Positions 28,141 through 37,653 of a stretch of 64,000 nt of DNA are shown here, piece after piece. Positions within the stretch are counted from its first letter, which is position 1; each line of letters opens with the position of its first letter. This DNA comes from Rhodothermales bacterium (GTDB lineage Bacteria; Bacteroidota; Rhodothermia; Rhodothermales; VXPQ01), in contig OZ220686.1 in NCBI GenBank assembly GCA_965116435.1, positions 2,159,184-2,223,183 of the forward strand, given 5' to 3'. Below the pieces are notes generated by a model that did no database searches, was not told the origin of the DNA, and saw only the letters and a list, made by a program, of their open reading frames with translations. A program made the position numbers and the translations under genes.

Positions 28141-29616
28141 GTGCTGATCCGTTCCCTCGCTTCGAATTACCTGCAAAGCATTCGCCGCTCCCGTTTCGGG
28201 GAGATGAAACTGGCGGTCAAGGTTCTGATGATCCTTTTCGTATGGCTGCCGATGTATCTGTATGCGCTCGCAGGCGGGTTGTTTAGCGGCCTCTTGTTCG
28301 AGGAGGTACTCGTTGGCGTGGACGTGCCTGCGCTCGCCAGCCGGTTCGCCCTGTATTTCCTTATTGCATGGAGCGCCCTTGATGTGCTTTTGCGGCCCCA
28401 GATCGCCCTGCCGCTGTTTCCGTATCTTCCGACCCCGATAGGGCGAAGGAAGGTTGCGCTCTTTTATCAGGCGATAAGCATTATCGGGCCCTTTAATCTG
28501 GCGCCGTTTCTGTTTGTCGCGCTGTTTTGGGCCAGCAATTTCCTGTGGCCGGGCATTTCCTTTGCGTGGTCCTGGATGTTGCTGTTTCTGGCGTTGTCCG
28601 CAGGCTTTCATTTTCTGGCGAACCTGTTGCGGATGTCTATCGGGCGGCAGTATCTGCCTATGGTTTGCACGCTCCTTGTCGTCGTGGGGCTGGCGGTCCT
28701 GGAGTGGCGGTACGATATGGTAACCTTGTCGGGCCTTTCCATGGCGTGGTTCGGGGCCGCGCTGGAGGGCGCCTTCTGGCCGCTGGCGGCGGCGCTTGTT
28801 GCGGGCGGGGCGGCGTTGTACGTATCCACCGGGCAGGTTGTCCGCGCGCTGTACGTAGACAACAGGATATTGTCTGCGTCGCGCACGAAAGCGGTCGGGA
28901 AGAACCTGAGGCATTCGTTCGCCGACGGGATGCTGGCTTTCGAGTGGAAGTTGATCTGGCGGAACAAGCGTCCGAAGATGATGATGTTCCTGAGCGCCTA
29001 TTTTATTGCGTTCGGCAGCTGGTTTGTTGTGACTACGTCCGACTTACCCAAGTTGGTTGTGATCGCGGGGCTGATGATGCCCATGATAGGCTGTTTACAA
29101 TTTTTTATGGCGGCCTTTAATTTTAAGAGTATCTTCTATGATGGTCTGATGTCGCGGCCTGTGTCTGCCCGCTCCATGGTCAACGTCAGTTTTTATATTG
29201 CCAATATAGCCTTGTTGGGGTGCTTTGGCCTTTTGGCGGTCATTTTTGTGGCTACGCAGAAATTCTGGATGCTGTTTTTTGTGGGATGTATGTTTTTGTA
29301 TGGTTTAGGGTTAAAATATCTTATTCCCTGGATATGGAGTATGGACGCCAAGCGCATTGACCTCAACGGCCAGGTTTTTGGCGTCGTTGCCGCTCAGTGG
29401 GATCGAAATTCGTGGATTGGGGCGCTTTATGCGCTGCCGGCTATGGCGCTGCCTGCTTTGCTCGTATTGCTTCTGCCGGGGCGGTTTTCGGGCGGCGTAG
29501 CGATTGCGGCGCTGGGGCTGGCGGCGCTGCTTTGGCGCCGCTGGTGGATCGACGGCGCCGTAAAAAGACTGCACGCAAAGCGCTATATCGTGATGGAGGA
29601 ATTTCGGAAGGGGTGA
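28141..29616 (+). CDS. Polytopic membrane protein, paralog 1 of an ABC-associated family (possibly the family annotated DUF5687 in Bacteroidota; from memory)
   Basis: About 12 hydrophobic segments. Two related halves, each introduced by a basic amphipathic segment (SIRRSRF; EWKLIWRNKRP). C-terminus RYIVMEEFRKG. Confidence 0.7.
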   Translation: MLIRSLASNYLQSIRRSRFGEMKLAVKVLMILFVWLPMYLYALAGGLFSGLLFEEVLVGVDVPALASRFALYFLIAWSALDVLLRPQIALPLFPYLPTPIGRRKVALFYQAISIIGPFNLAPFLFVALFWASNFLWPGISFAWSWMLLFLALSAGFHFLANLLRMSIGRQYLPMVCTLLVVVGLAVLEWRYDMVTLSGLSMAWFGAALEGAFWPLAAALVAGGAALYVSTGQVVRALYVDNRILSASRTKAVGKNLRHSFADGMLAFEWKLIWRNKRPKMMMFLSAYFIAFGSWFVVTTSDLPKLVVIAGLMMPMIGCLQFFMAAFNFKSIFYDGLMSRPVSARSMVNVSFYIANIALLGCFGLLAVIFVATQKFWMLFFVGCMFLYGLGLKYLIPWIWSMDAKRIDLNGQVFGVVAAQWDRNSWIGALYALPAMALPALLVLLLPGRFSGGVAIAALGLAALLWRRWWIDGAVKRLHAKRYIVMEEFRKG

Positions 29617-29620
29617 GGGT

Positions 29621-31151
29621 ATGCTTGTCCGTTCGTTAGCCTCGAATTACCTGAAGCGGACCCTGCGGTCTCCGTTCGGAGCATGGATTCTGGGGGGCAA
29701 TCTGCTTATGGCGTTGTGCTTCTGGGCGCCGGTCTTTTTGTACGCCTTTTATATGGGATTTTCCGTCGTGCGAATTCTGGAGATCGACCACTCTGTCGAT
29801 TTGCTTGCTCGCATGAACCCGGTCTTGTTGCCGGTGCTTATGGCGTGGGGTTTTGTCAATGGCATGTTGTTCCGAGGCAAGGCGTACGTACATCTTTTTC
29901 CGTATCTGACCACCCCGGCGCCCCGTCGGACGCTGGCGTTTTTTCGCCAGCTTGTTATGCTGTTCAGTAAATTAAACCTGTTCGTTCTGGCGTTCATTGC
30001 AGGGTTTTGGGTCAAAAATCTGTATCTCCAGGATATTGCGTTTGCCTGGAACTGGCTGCTGGCGTTGTGTCTCGCGTGCGCATGCATGTACTTTGCAACG
30101 AACATTCTGCGTTCCTGGCGAGAGCGGGGATTTCTGGAGATTCTGGGGGGATGGTTCTGCGTTGCCGTGTTGGCGGCGCTCGAATGGGGATACGATGCAC
30201 ACCTGTTATCCAAGGCTTCCACGGTGCTTTTCCATGCCGCTGCCGAAGGGGCCGTCTGGCCGCTCATGCTGCTGGTTTTTCTGGCGACATGCCTGTTCTA
30301 TGAAGCCACGCGAAGAATACGTCGGAGTCTGTACATAGATGCTTCGACGGCGCCTCGCTTATTTAGAAACAGAAAGGCGTTTCTCTACAGGAGAAAACCC
30401 CGAAAACTGACAGCGGAATTGCTTTCCTTCGAATGGAAACTGATGCTGAGAAACAGGCAGCCCCGATTTCTGGCGACAACCTCCATGGGCGTCATGCTTG
30501 TTGCGGCATGGTTCCTTGGCGGGCTGAGCGGGGAAATAGAAATTACCGGCGGGCATTTCATAGAATTTATGCTCCTTTTTTTTGTTCATCTATCCCTTGA
30601 TGTATTTTGTTTCCGCACTGGATTTCAGATATTCTTTTTACGATGGCCTGAATGTTTGGCCCATATCTGAAAAAACGCTATTACGGACGCTTTTGTCAAT
30701 GTTTCATCGATGCCTATTGATGTTTGTATTCGTTTTTATAGTGTCGATCATGTGTAGTGCTCTTTTGTTCGATGGCGTGGTGTTTTTTGAATGGATTATT
30801 ATGCAAGGAATTTTGTTATTCGGCATGGGAATTTTGTATTATTCGGCGCTATTATTGAATGTTTTATTTCCTGTTCCTCGTCCGCTCAATGCCGGTATGA
30901 TGGATCTTAATACTTCGTTGACTGTCTTTGTAAATGCACAGGCTATCCTCATGAATATAGTACTGGTGCTTGTACTTGTGTCTCCTGTCATGTATCCTAT
31001 GGTGCAATTTGTGTCTGGCGTATGGCTTGGGGTGACGCTGTGCGTACTGGGCCTGGCGGGCCTGTGTTTGCAGCCCTGGTTGACAAGGCTCCTCGCCCGC
31101 CTCCTGCGAGCGCGGCGGTACATTATCATGGGGCGGTTTCGGATAGGATAG
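29621..31151 (+). pseudogene. Paralog 2 of the same membrane family, frame-broken at a T8 run
   Basis: ORFs 29621-30670 and 30582-31151 together are colinear with paralog 1 (MLVRSLASNYL ... FYDGL ... RRYIIMGRFRIG). Frames switch at T8 (30576-30583). Deleting one T gives 510 codons. Confidence 0.7.
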
Positions 31152-31227
31152 TGGAACCTGGCGGTGGGTTTTGCGTCTGGTTTCTTCCCGACTGGAGCGT
31201 TTTGTCCTCTTTTCCCTCGTTTGCGCC

Positions 31228-31938
31228 ATGCAGATCATTCTGAAAGACCTTGTCAAGCAATACGGCGATCTTGTGGCCGTAGACGTACCGCACCTGGAGA
31301 TACCCTCTGGTCAGGTGGTGGGCCTTGTGGGGAACAACGGGACGGGCAAGACCACCATGCTTCGCCTGGCGCTGGACCTTGTGCAGGCTACGAAGGGGCA
31401 TGTGTTGCTCGGCGGCGAGCGGGTGGACAAGACCACCGGCTGGAAGTCGCACACCGGTTCGTACCTGGACGAGGGTTTCCTGATCGATTTTCTGAACCCG
31501 GAGGAATATTTCAGTTTCGTCGGGAAGGCGTACGGCCTGTCTCTGGAGGAGATTGAGGAGGCTGAGCGCCGGTACGCGAACCTGTTTACGGAGGAGGTGC
31601 TGGGTACGGGCAAGTTGATCCGCGACCTTTCGGCGGGCAACAGAAAGAAGGTGGGGCTATTGGCGGCGTTGCTGGTGAAGCCCTCCGTGCTCGTGCTGGA
31701 CGAACCGTTCGCCAACCTGGACCCCACGTCGCAGTACGCCTTGCAGCAGATTCTGGCTGAGACGTCGAAGGAGACGAACGCGACGATTCTGGTTTCCAGC
31801 CACGACCTGGGGCATGTTACGGACGCCTGCGAGCGCATTTTACTGCTGCACCAAGGGCGCATCGAGCGAGACGAACTGATTTCGGACGAGACCCTGAAGG
31901 AACTGGAACGATTCTTTGCCCGGTCGGTGGCGGTGTAA
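31228..31938 (+). CDS. ABC transporter ATP-binding protein
   Basis: Walker A GNNGTGKTT, signature LSAGNRKKV, Walker B VLVLDEP, H-loop SSHDL. Start at the internal ATG 31228. Confidence 0.9.
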   Translation: MQIILKDLVKQYGDLVAVDVPHLEIPSGQVVGLVGNNGTGKTTMLRLALDLVQATKGHVLLGGERVDKTTGWKSHTGSYLDEGFLIDFLNPEEYFSFVGKAYGLSLEEIEEAERRYANLFTEEVLGTGKLIRDLSAGNRKKVGLLAALLVKPSVLVLDEPFANLDPTSQYALQQILAETSKETNATILVSSHDLGHVTDACERILLLHQGRIERDELISDETLKELERFFARSVAV

Positions 31939-31981
31939 GGTGCTGCGGGCGGTCACCTGTGTTATTTGCGAGGACCAGATT

Positions 31982-32770
31982 ATGGCTATGTCGTTTGTAC
32001 AAAAGGAATCACGCGTTGCGCACCCGCCAGCCCCTCGGGGATTGTGGCAGGCGCTTCTGTCCGTGGAGTGGAAACTCTTCCTGCGGAATCGCCGCCCTCG
32101 GCTGCTGTTGATATTTTACGGTTGTTTCGCGTTGTTGGGCGCATTGCGATATGCATTGTATAATTCGCCCGACGGGTCGTTTCTGATGTATGTTATGATG
32201 ACGGCCCCATTGTTGTCCACGCTTTCCTGGAGAAGCACATTCTATGAGGGGTTGCTGGCAAGGCCCGTATCGGAAAGCGACGTTGCCCGAATTATCGTAT
32301 ACGTGCTACACCTGTGCGTCGTGCTTTTTTTCGGGCTTTTGATCATTGCATCCACGCTTGTTCGGGGAGATGGCGACCTTTCTATGATCGGCGCTTCGTT
32401 CCTGTATGTTTTAGGGGTAGTCAATTATTTGCTGGCGTTTGCCGCCACGTCTTTTATGTCGGGCGCGCGCATAGACATGAATCTCAGATTTCGCGATGTG
32501 GGGCATGGCGATCCGTACCGCGAAGCTCCTGTTTCCAAAGAGGCGGTTCCGTATCGGTGGATCGTGCCCGTATTCTGGTTGTTGGTCGTATTGAGCGTGG
32601 CGCTCATCGTTTCTGTGGGTTTCTTTTCGCAAACCCGGGAGATCGTGTTTCCGGCGATGGCCGTGCTGGGCCTGGCGGGTCTTTTCTTTCACGCTCGCTG
32701 GCTTCGGCTCATTACGCACGTTCTGCACCGAAGGCGCTACGAATTGCTGGAGCGTTTCCGGGGCATTTGA
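31982..32770 (+). CDS. Half-length paralog 3 of the membrane family (matches the C-terminal half only)
   Basis: Begins with the half-domain motif VEWKLFLRNRRPR, then FYEGLLARPVS. Ends RRRYELLERFRGI. Confidence 0.65.
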   Translation: MAMSFVQKESRVAHPPAPRGLWQALLSVEWKLFLRNRRPRLLLIFYGCFALLGALRYALYNSPDGSFLMYVMMTAPLLSTLSWRSTFYEGLLARPVSESDVARIIVYVLHLCVVLFFGLLIIASTLVRGDGDLSMIGASFLYVLGVVNYLLAFAATSFMSGARIDMNLRFRDVGHGDPYREAPVSKEAVPYRWIVPVFWLLVVLSVALIVSVGFFSQTREIVFPAMAVLGLAGLFFHARWLRLITHVLHRRRYELLERFRGI

Positions 32771-33074
32771 GGATTGGGGCGTGATGGGGCCTGGATTCAG
32801 GTTGCGGATGCCTGGATGGGTCGTGCGGGCGTCTCTCCTTGGTTTTCCATAGGCGAGGCAGACAAAGATATGTCGATACGACTTCTTACCAAGAGAGGCG
32901 TTCATCCCCCGGAACCTTAGAAATGCCTAACAAGTTATATAACACTCTGACCTAACACATCCATGCAGATGCCCTGTGTGCCACATAGAGAAAAAATATA
33001 ATCGTCATGAAAATATATACTCAATTCGCATAGATGGGCCTCATAAAAGATGCTCCTTAAAAAGATTTTTCAAC

Positions 33075-33737
33075 ATGAACTATGAAAAAATAGTGATATG
33101 TTTTATATTGTTTTTTGTTCCAAATATAAATACATATGGACAAACGGAAAAAATTGCCGCAAAAGCATTTGAGAACAGAAGGGAATTATACAATTTATAC
33201 ATTCAGGAAGCAACACTTAAAATAGAAGCAAATAATGTATGGATACAAGCAAGTATTGACAGTGAAGAAGTTAAAGAATTGAAAAAAAATAACAAAGCAC
33301 AAATGAAAATAATATCGAACATCAAAAAAATTCAAAAAAGAACAGAAACTGCCTATAATAAAAGTACTGGATCAAATACTAAATTAACAAAAAGAGAAGC
33401 TGAAATATTCAAACTACTTGGAGCAGCAAATGGACAAAATGCAAAAGAATCCAGAGAAGCCATTGATATGTATAAACAAAAAATAAAAGAAGCTGAAGAG
33501 AATGCTTCAAAAACAAATAACGAAGATTGGGATAATGTGATCAAAAAATGGGAAGACGTTATAGATATAGTACAGGAAATAGAAAAAATATCACATACAT
33601 CAATGATATATTTTTACGTAGCAGCAGAAATGATAAGCCCAAGGATATTGGTTGGAGATAATGAAGAGGATCAAAAAGAAATGGAAAGAATAAAAAACAA
33701 AGTAATACAAGAAATTTACGAAGATGAATCATTGTAA
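33075..33737 (+). CDS. Secreted K/E-rich coiled-coil hypothetical protein in a very AT-rich insert
   Basis: Signal-like N-terminus MNYEKIVICFILFFVPNINTYGQ. Lys/Glu/Asn-rich low-complexity helices. Codon usage is unlike the neighbours. Confidence 0.6.
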   Translation: MNYEKIVICFILFFVPNINTYGQTEKIAAKAFENRRELYNLYIQEATLKIEANNVWIQASIDSEEVKELKKNNKAQMKIISNIKKIQKRTETAYNKSTGSNTKLTKREAEIFKLLGAANGQNAKESREAIDMYKQKIKEAEENASKTNNEDWDNVIKKWEDVIDIVQEIEKISHTSMIYFYVAAEMISPRILVGDNEEDQKEMERIKNKVIQEIYEDESL

Positions 33738-33985
33738 AGTAATGCATCTTCAAGCATTTGGTCTTGCACCGGGCACAGGAATCATTAGGTCTATCCGAGG
33801 GCGTACGCCAATTTGGTCAGATTACAAGGTCCCTGCTCAAGTATCAAATGGTTACATAAATTGCCAAGTGTAAATGTACGAAAAATCTTGTAATAGATCC
33901 TCCCGCATGCGCATTTTGGGAGAAATTGACATATTGCCGAAGAATGCGGCGGCTTTCGTATCTTCCCGCGACGTTCCATTGCCCC

Positions 33986-36028
33986 ATGATCCAGCTGCAC
34001 GACATATCGCTTCGTTTCGGCGATCAGGTCCTTTTCGACCGGTTGTCGTGGGGTATCCCCCCCGGAGAGCGGATTGGCCTCGTCGGGAAGAATGGGGCGG
34101 GCAAAACCACCATGCTTCGGCTTATCGAAGGGCTTGCGGAGCCGGACGAGGGGCGGCTGGCCATTGGCGCCCGCACGTCCATTGGATACCTGGAGCAGGA
34201 TGTGCAGGCGCTGGATTCCGAGGCCTCCATTCTCGACGAGGCGTTGAAAGGATTTCCAGACCTTCGGGAGCTGCAGAACGAGGAGGCGCAACTCGTGGCC
34301 GAACTGGAGACCTTGCCGGACCACGAGAGCGCGGAATACGCCGGGCGGCTTCAGGCGCTGGACCGCATTCATGCGTCGCTGTCCATGCACGAAGCCCATC
34401 TGGCCCGTCCGAAGGCGGAGGCGGTGCTTGCCGGTCTCGGATTCGCCGCCGAAGACATGGAGCGCCCGGTCAAGTCGTTTTCGGGGGGATGGCGCATGCG
34501 GGCGATGCTGGCCCGGCTGCTGCTCCGGCAACCGGACTATCTGCTTCTGGACGAGCCGACCAACCATCTTGATATCGAAAGCATCGACTGGCTGGAGAGC
34601 CACCTGAAAGGCTACGAAGGCACGGTGGTTATCGTCTCCCACGACCGGTATTTTCTGGATCGGATGGCGACCTCCATTGCCGAACTGACGCAGGGACGCA
34701 TCCATTTCTATGCAGGCAATTACAGTTTTTATCTCCGGGAACGCGTGGAGCGGCGCGTTCTGCAGCAGGCTGCGTACGAGAATCAGCAACGGGAAATCAC
34801 GGCGACCGAGCGGTTCATCGAGCGTTTCCGGTACAAGGCGTCCAAGGCGAAGCAGGTGCAGAGCCGCATCAAGATGCTGGAGCGCCTGGAGCGCATTCCC
34901 CCGGCTCCGTCCGAGGAGGCGGCGGTCCGCATCCGTTTTCCGGAGCCGCCAAGGTCCGGGCGCGTTGTGCTCGAATTAAGCCCGTTTTCCAAAACCTACT
35001 CGACCGATGAGGGCCCCATCCGCGTTTTCAGGGACGCTGGGCCGCTTGCGATTGAGCGCGGGGACAAAATCGCGCTGATCGGGAAGAACGGAGCAGGCAA
35101 ATCCACCCTGGCGCGCATGCTTCACGGGACCGAGCCGTTCGAGGGTAAGCATACGTTGGGCTACCGCGTGCAACACGCCTTTTTCGCCCAGCATCAGGCG
35201 GAAATGCTGGAGCCTGCGGATACGATGCTCGAATCCCTGCGCCGCGCCGCCGGGGACAAAACCGACGGCCAACTGCGCTCCGTGCTGGGGGCTTTTCTGT
35301 TTACCGGAGACGATGTGTTCAAACGCATCCGCGTGTTGTCCGGGGGGGAAAAGAGCCGCGTGGCCCTGGCCCGCACGCTGCTCCACCCGTCCAACTTTCT
35401 GATCCTCGACGAGCCGACGAACCACCTGGACGCAGCGTCTATTCCGGTGCTGGTCGAGGCGTTGCGGCAGTATGCCGGGGCCTTTGTCGTGATCAGCCAC
35501 GACCGGCATTTTCTGGATCAGGTGGCCAACCGCGTCTGGTACGCCGCGGGGGGCGAGGTGCGCGCGTTCATCGGCAATTATTCCGAAAACAGGGAGCGGA
35601 TGGCGTTCGGCGCACCGGAGCAGGCAGAGCACGTTCCGGCGGCGAAGGCGTCCCGAAAGCGTCCGTCTGGCGCTTCCGGGAAAGGTTCTGGAGGTCCGCG
35701 CTCCAAGGAGCAAAAACGACGGGAAGCCGAAGAGCGCAATCGCTTGCACCGGGCCATGAAAAGGGGGAACGCGGTCGATCCCGAGGCGATGACCGCCCAT
35801 CAGTTGCGTGCGTATTGCGATCGTCTGGAGCGGGACATTGCGGAAAAGGAGCGGGCTTTTCAGGAAATTCAGGACCAGATGGCGGCCCCGGATACCTACC
35901 GGAACGGCGCGCTGGTCCGTACGTTGCGCGCCGGGTACGACCGGATGCAGGAAGACCTGGAGGCGGCGTACGCCGAATGGGAAGCGGCGAGCGAGTGCAT
36001 GGCGAGGCGGGAAGATAAAACCACCTAA
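33986..36028 (+). CDS. ABC-F family ATPase (two NBDs, charged C-terminal extension; Uup/YheS-like)
   Basis: GKNGAGKTT and GKNGAGKST Walker A motifs. FSGGWRMR and LSGGEKSR signatures. No TM segments. K/R/E-rich tail. Confidence 0.85.
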   Translation: MIQLHDISLRFGDQVLFDRLSWGIPPGERIGLVGKNGAGKTTMLRLIEGLAEPDEGRLAIGARTSIGYLEQDVQALDSEASILDEALKGFPDLRELQNEEAQLVAELETLPDHESAEYAGRLQALDRIHASLSMHEAHLARPKAEAVLAGLGFAAEDMERPVKSFSGGWRMRAMLARLLLRQPDYLLLDEPTNHLDIESIDWLESHLKGYEGTVVIVSHDRYFLDRMATSIAELTQGRIHFYAGNYSFYLRERVERRVLQQAAYENQQREITATERFIERFRYKASKAKQVQSRIKMLERLERIPPAPSEEAAVRIRFPEPPRSGRVVLELSPFSKTYSTDEGPIRVFRDAGPLAIERGDKIALIGKNGAGKSTLARMLHGTEPFEGKHTLGYRVQHAFFAQHQAEMLEPADTMLESLRRAAGDKTDGQLRSVLGAFLFTGDDVFKRIRVLSGGEKSRVALARTLLHPSNFLILDEPTNHLDAASIPVLVEALRQYAGAFVVISHDRHFLDQVANRVWYAAGGEVRAFIGNYSENRERMAFGAPEQAEHVPAAKASRKRPSGASGKGSGGPRSKEQKRREAEERNRLHRAMKRGNAVDPEAMTAHQLRAYCDRLERDIAEKERAFQEIQDQMAAPDTYRNGALVRTLRAGYDRMQEDLEAAYAEWEAASECMARREDKTT

Positions 36029-37605
36029 CAATCGCTGTATCCCATAAAGGGTCGCTGGTTCAACGAACTATTGATATATTCCTGCATACGTTGTATGTCT
36101 TCCTGGGGAATGCCAAGGGCAGCCACCTTGTTCGGGTTTGTCCCCAGGTCTTCAAGGAAGGCTATCAAGCCCGGGTCGTCCAGCACCACGGCGAGCCAGA
36201 TTCCTGTGCCGTCTTCTTCCAGAAAACGTCGGGTCATATCGATCAAAAGGTTTCTGCTATCGTGTGACATATCCAGCAAACCTTGCTTGTAATCAATGAC
36301 TATTGCGGTTAGCATTTCCAGTGCGTCTGTCTTTTTTTTAGGTTGTATTTCCGGTCGGGAGATGGATTCGATTATCCATGGAATGCTTTGGTCGGGAAAT
36401 TTTTTGAAAAGATATTCGCTGTCCGACACGCCGCATTCAGTTTTGTATGCCTCCAGTTCTACGAAACGTTTGACGGTTTCGGCGTTTCCAACGGCTACCA
36501 TAGTTCTTCTGAGGGCATACCGTAATTCATACCAGGCATTGACGCCCGGAGCGTACGGGCTTGGCTTTTCCATGTACATAGGAAAGTAGGCCTCTAAGAC
36601 CGCCTTGCGTAGCGTGTCTCCTATCTGCGTCGGATCCGTTTCAGCCATGTTCTGCACCTGCTCTACGGCCTGCCGCTGCCGTTCTTCCATATGTCCTTTG
36701 GCAATGGCTTGTATCGCCGCCAGAAGTTCATCCTGCGAGAACGACGTGATTTCTGGTTCGGGCAGAGGCGAGGGAATATACGGTGGCTGCGAGCGGAAGT
36801 GAAGTTCGTGCTGAACAAACCTTTTCAAGGCGCCCATCTCATGGTAGTCCAGGATACCGGGCCTGAGTGTTCCTTCAAGATTTGCTGCGAGCCTATCCAG
36901 GCCCCCGGGGGTTTGATGTATCAATGTTTCCAAAAGGAATGTTCTTGTCGTATACATGGGATACCATCCGTCGCCGATATTAGCGATGCCTTTCATGACG
37001 GCTTGCAGCAGTTTTTCTTCCATTTCCTCGGGAGGAATATGCATGGCCAGCCAGGCTGCTGTTTCGTGGCGCGCTTGATTGTTGGGAAGGAAGTGACCTT
37101 GTTCATCTTGAGCATTAATAGAAAGAATGTCCGCTGTCAGTTCTTCCTGGGAAAAATGCGGCTGTAAAGCACATAACAAAAGTCGGGAAAAACTGTCCAG
37201 GCGGGCGTCCGTGCGTTCGCTTCTTGCATGTATTACTTGCAAGTAGTTGACGAACGCCGCCGCATCGACGAGTATGGTGCGCAAGGTGTCGTTCATGTGT
37301 CCCGGAGCGAGGCGGGCCGCTTGCGCGAGGGCTTCCTGTTGCGCGGGAGATTTCACCCCCGTTACGATGGTGCGTATATCGTGCGTCAGTATCTCCAGGG
37401 AGGATGAGGTGGGTGCGGCGAGATTGTGCTCCGGGCAGCCCGGCGAGGCGGGATCATGCTTTTGACGATCCATGGCGGCGGAAACGCCTGTTTCAGAAGA
37501 GGATGCCTCGTTCGCTTCCTGTGCGGGCGCTTCGGGCGAACAGGCTGCCAGCAACGTCGTCGCAGCAAACGCGGCAATGGCTATATATACGCGGATGTGC
37601 TGCAT
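36025..37605 (-). CDS. Hypothetical lipoprotein
   Basis: Internal ATG at 37605 gives MQHIRVYIAIAAFAATTLLAAC (lipobox LAAC). 526 aa, helical, no recognised family. Contains AT-rich patches. Confidence 0.6.
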   Translation of the reverse strand: MQHIRVYIAIAAFAATTLLAACSPEAPAQEANEASSSETGVSAAMDRQKHDPASPGCPEHNLAAPTSSSLEILTHDIRTIVTGVKSPAQQEALAQAARLAPGHMNDTLRTILVDAAAFVNYLQVIHARSERTDARLDSFSRLLLCALQPHFSQEELTADILSINAQDEQGHFLPNNQARHETAAWLAMHIPPEEMEEKLLQAVMKGIANIGDGWYPMYTTRTFLLETLIHQTPGGLDRLAANLEGTLRPGILDYHEMGALKRFVQHELHFRSQPPYIPSPLPEPEITSFSQDELLAAIQAIAKGHMEERQRQAVEQVQNMAETDPTQIGDTLRKAVLEAYFPMYMEKPSPYAPGVNAWYELRYALRRTMVAVGNAETVKRFVELEAYKTECGVSDSEYLFKKFPDQSIPWIIESISRPEIQPKKKTDALEMLTAIVIDYKQGLLDMSHDSRNLLIDMTRRFLEEDGTGIWLAVVLDDPGLIAFLEDLGTNPNKVAALGIPQEDIQRMQEYINSSLNQRPFMGYSDC

Positions 37606-37653
37606 GGCCTCAAGAAGGGGTTTTCGTCTGGTTGGTTGGCTTCGGCGCATGCA

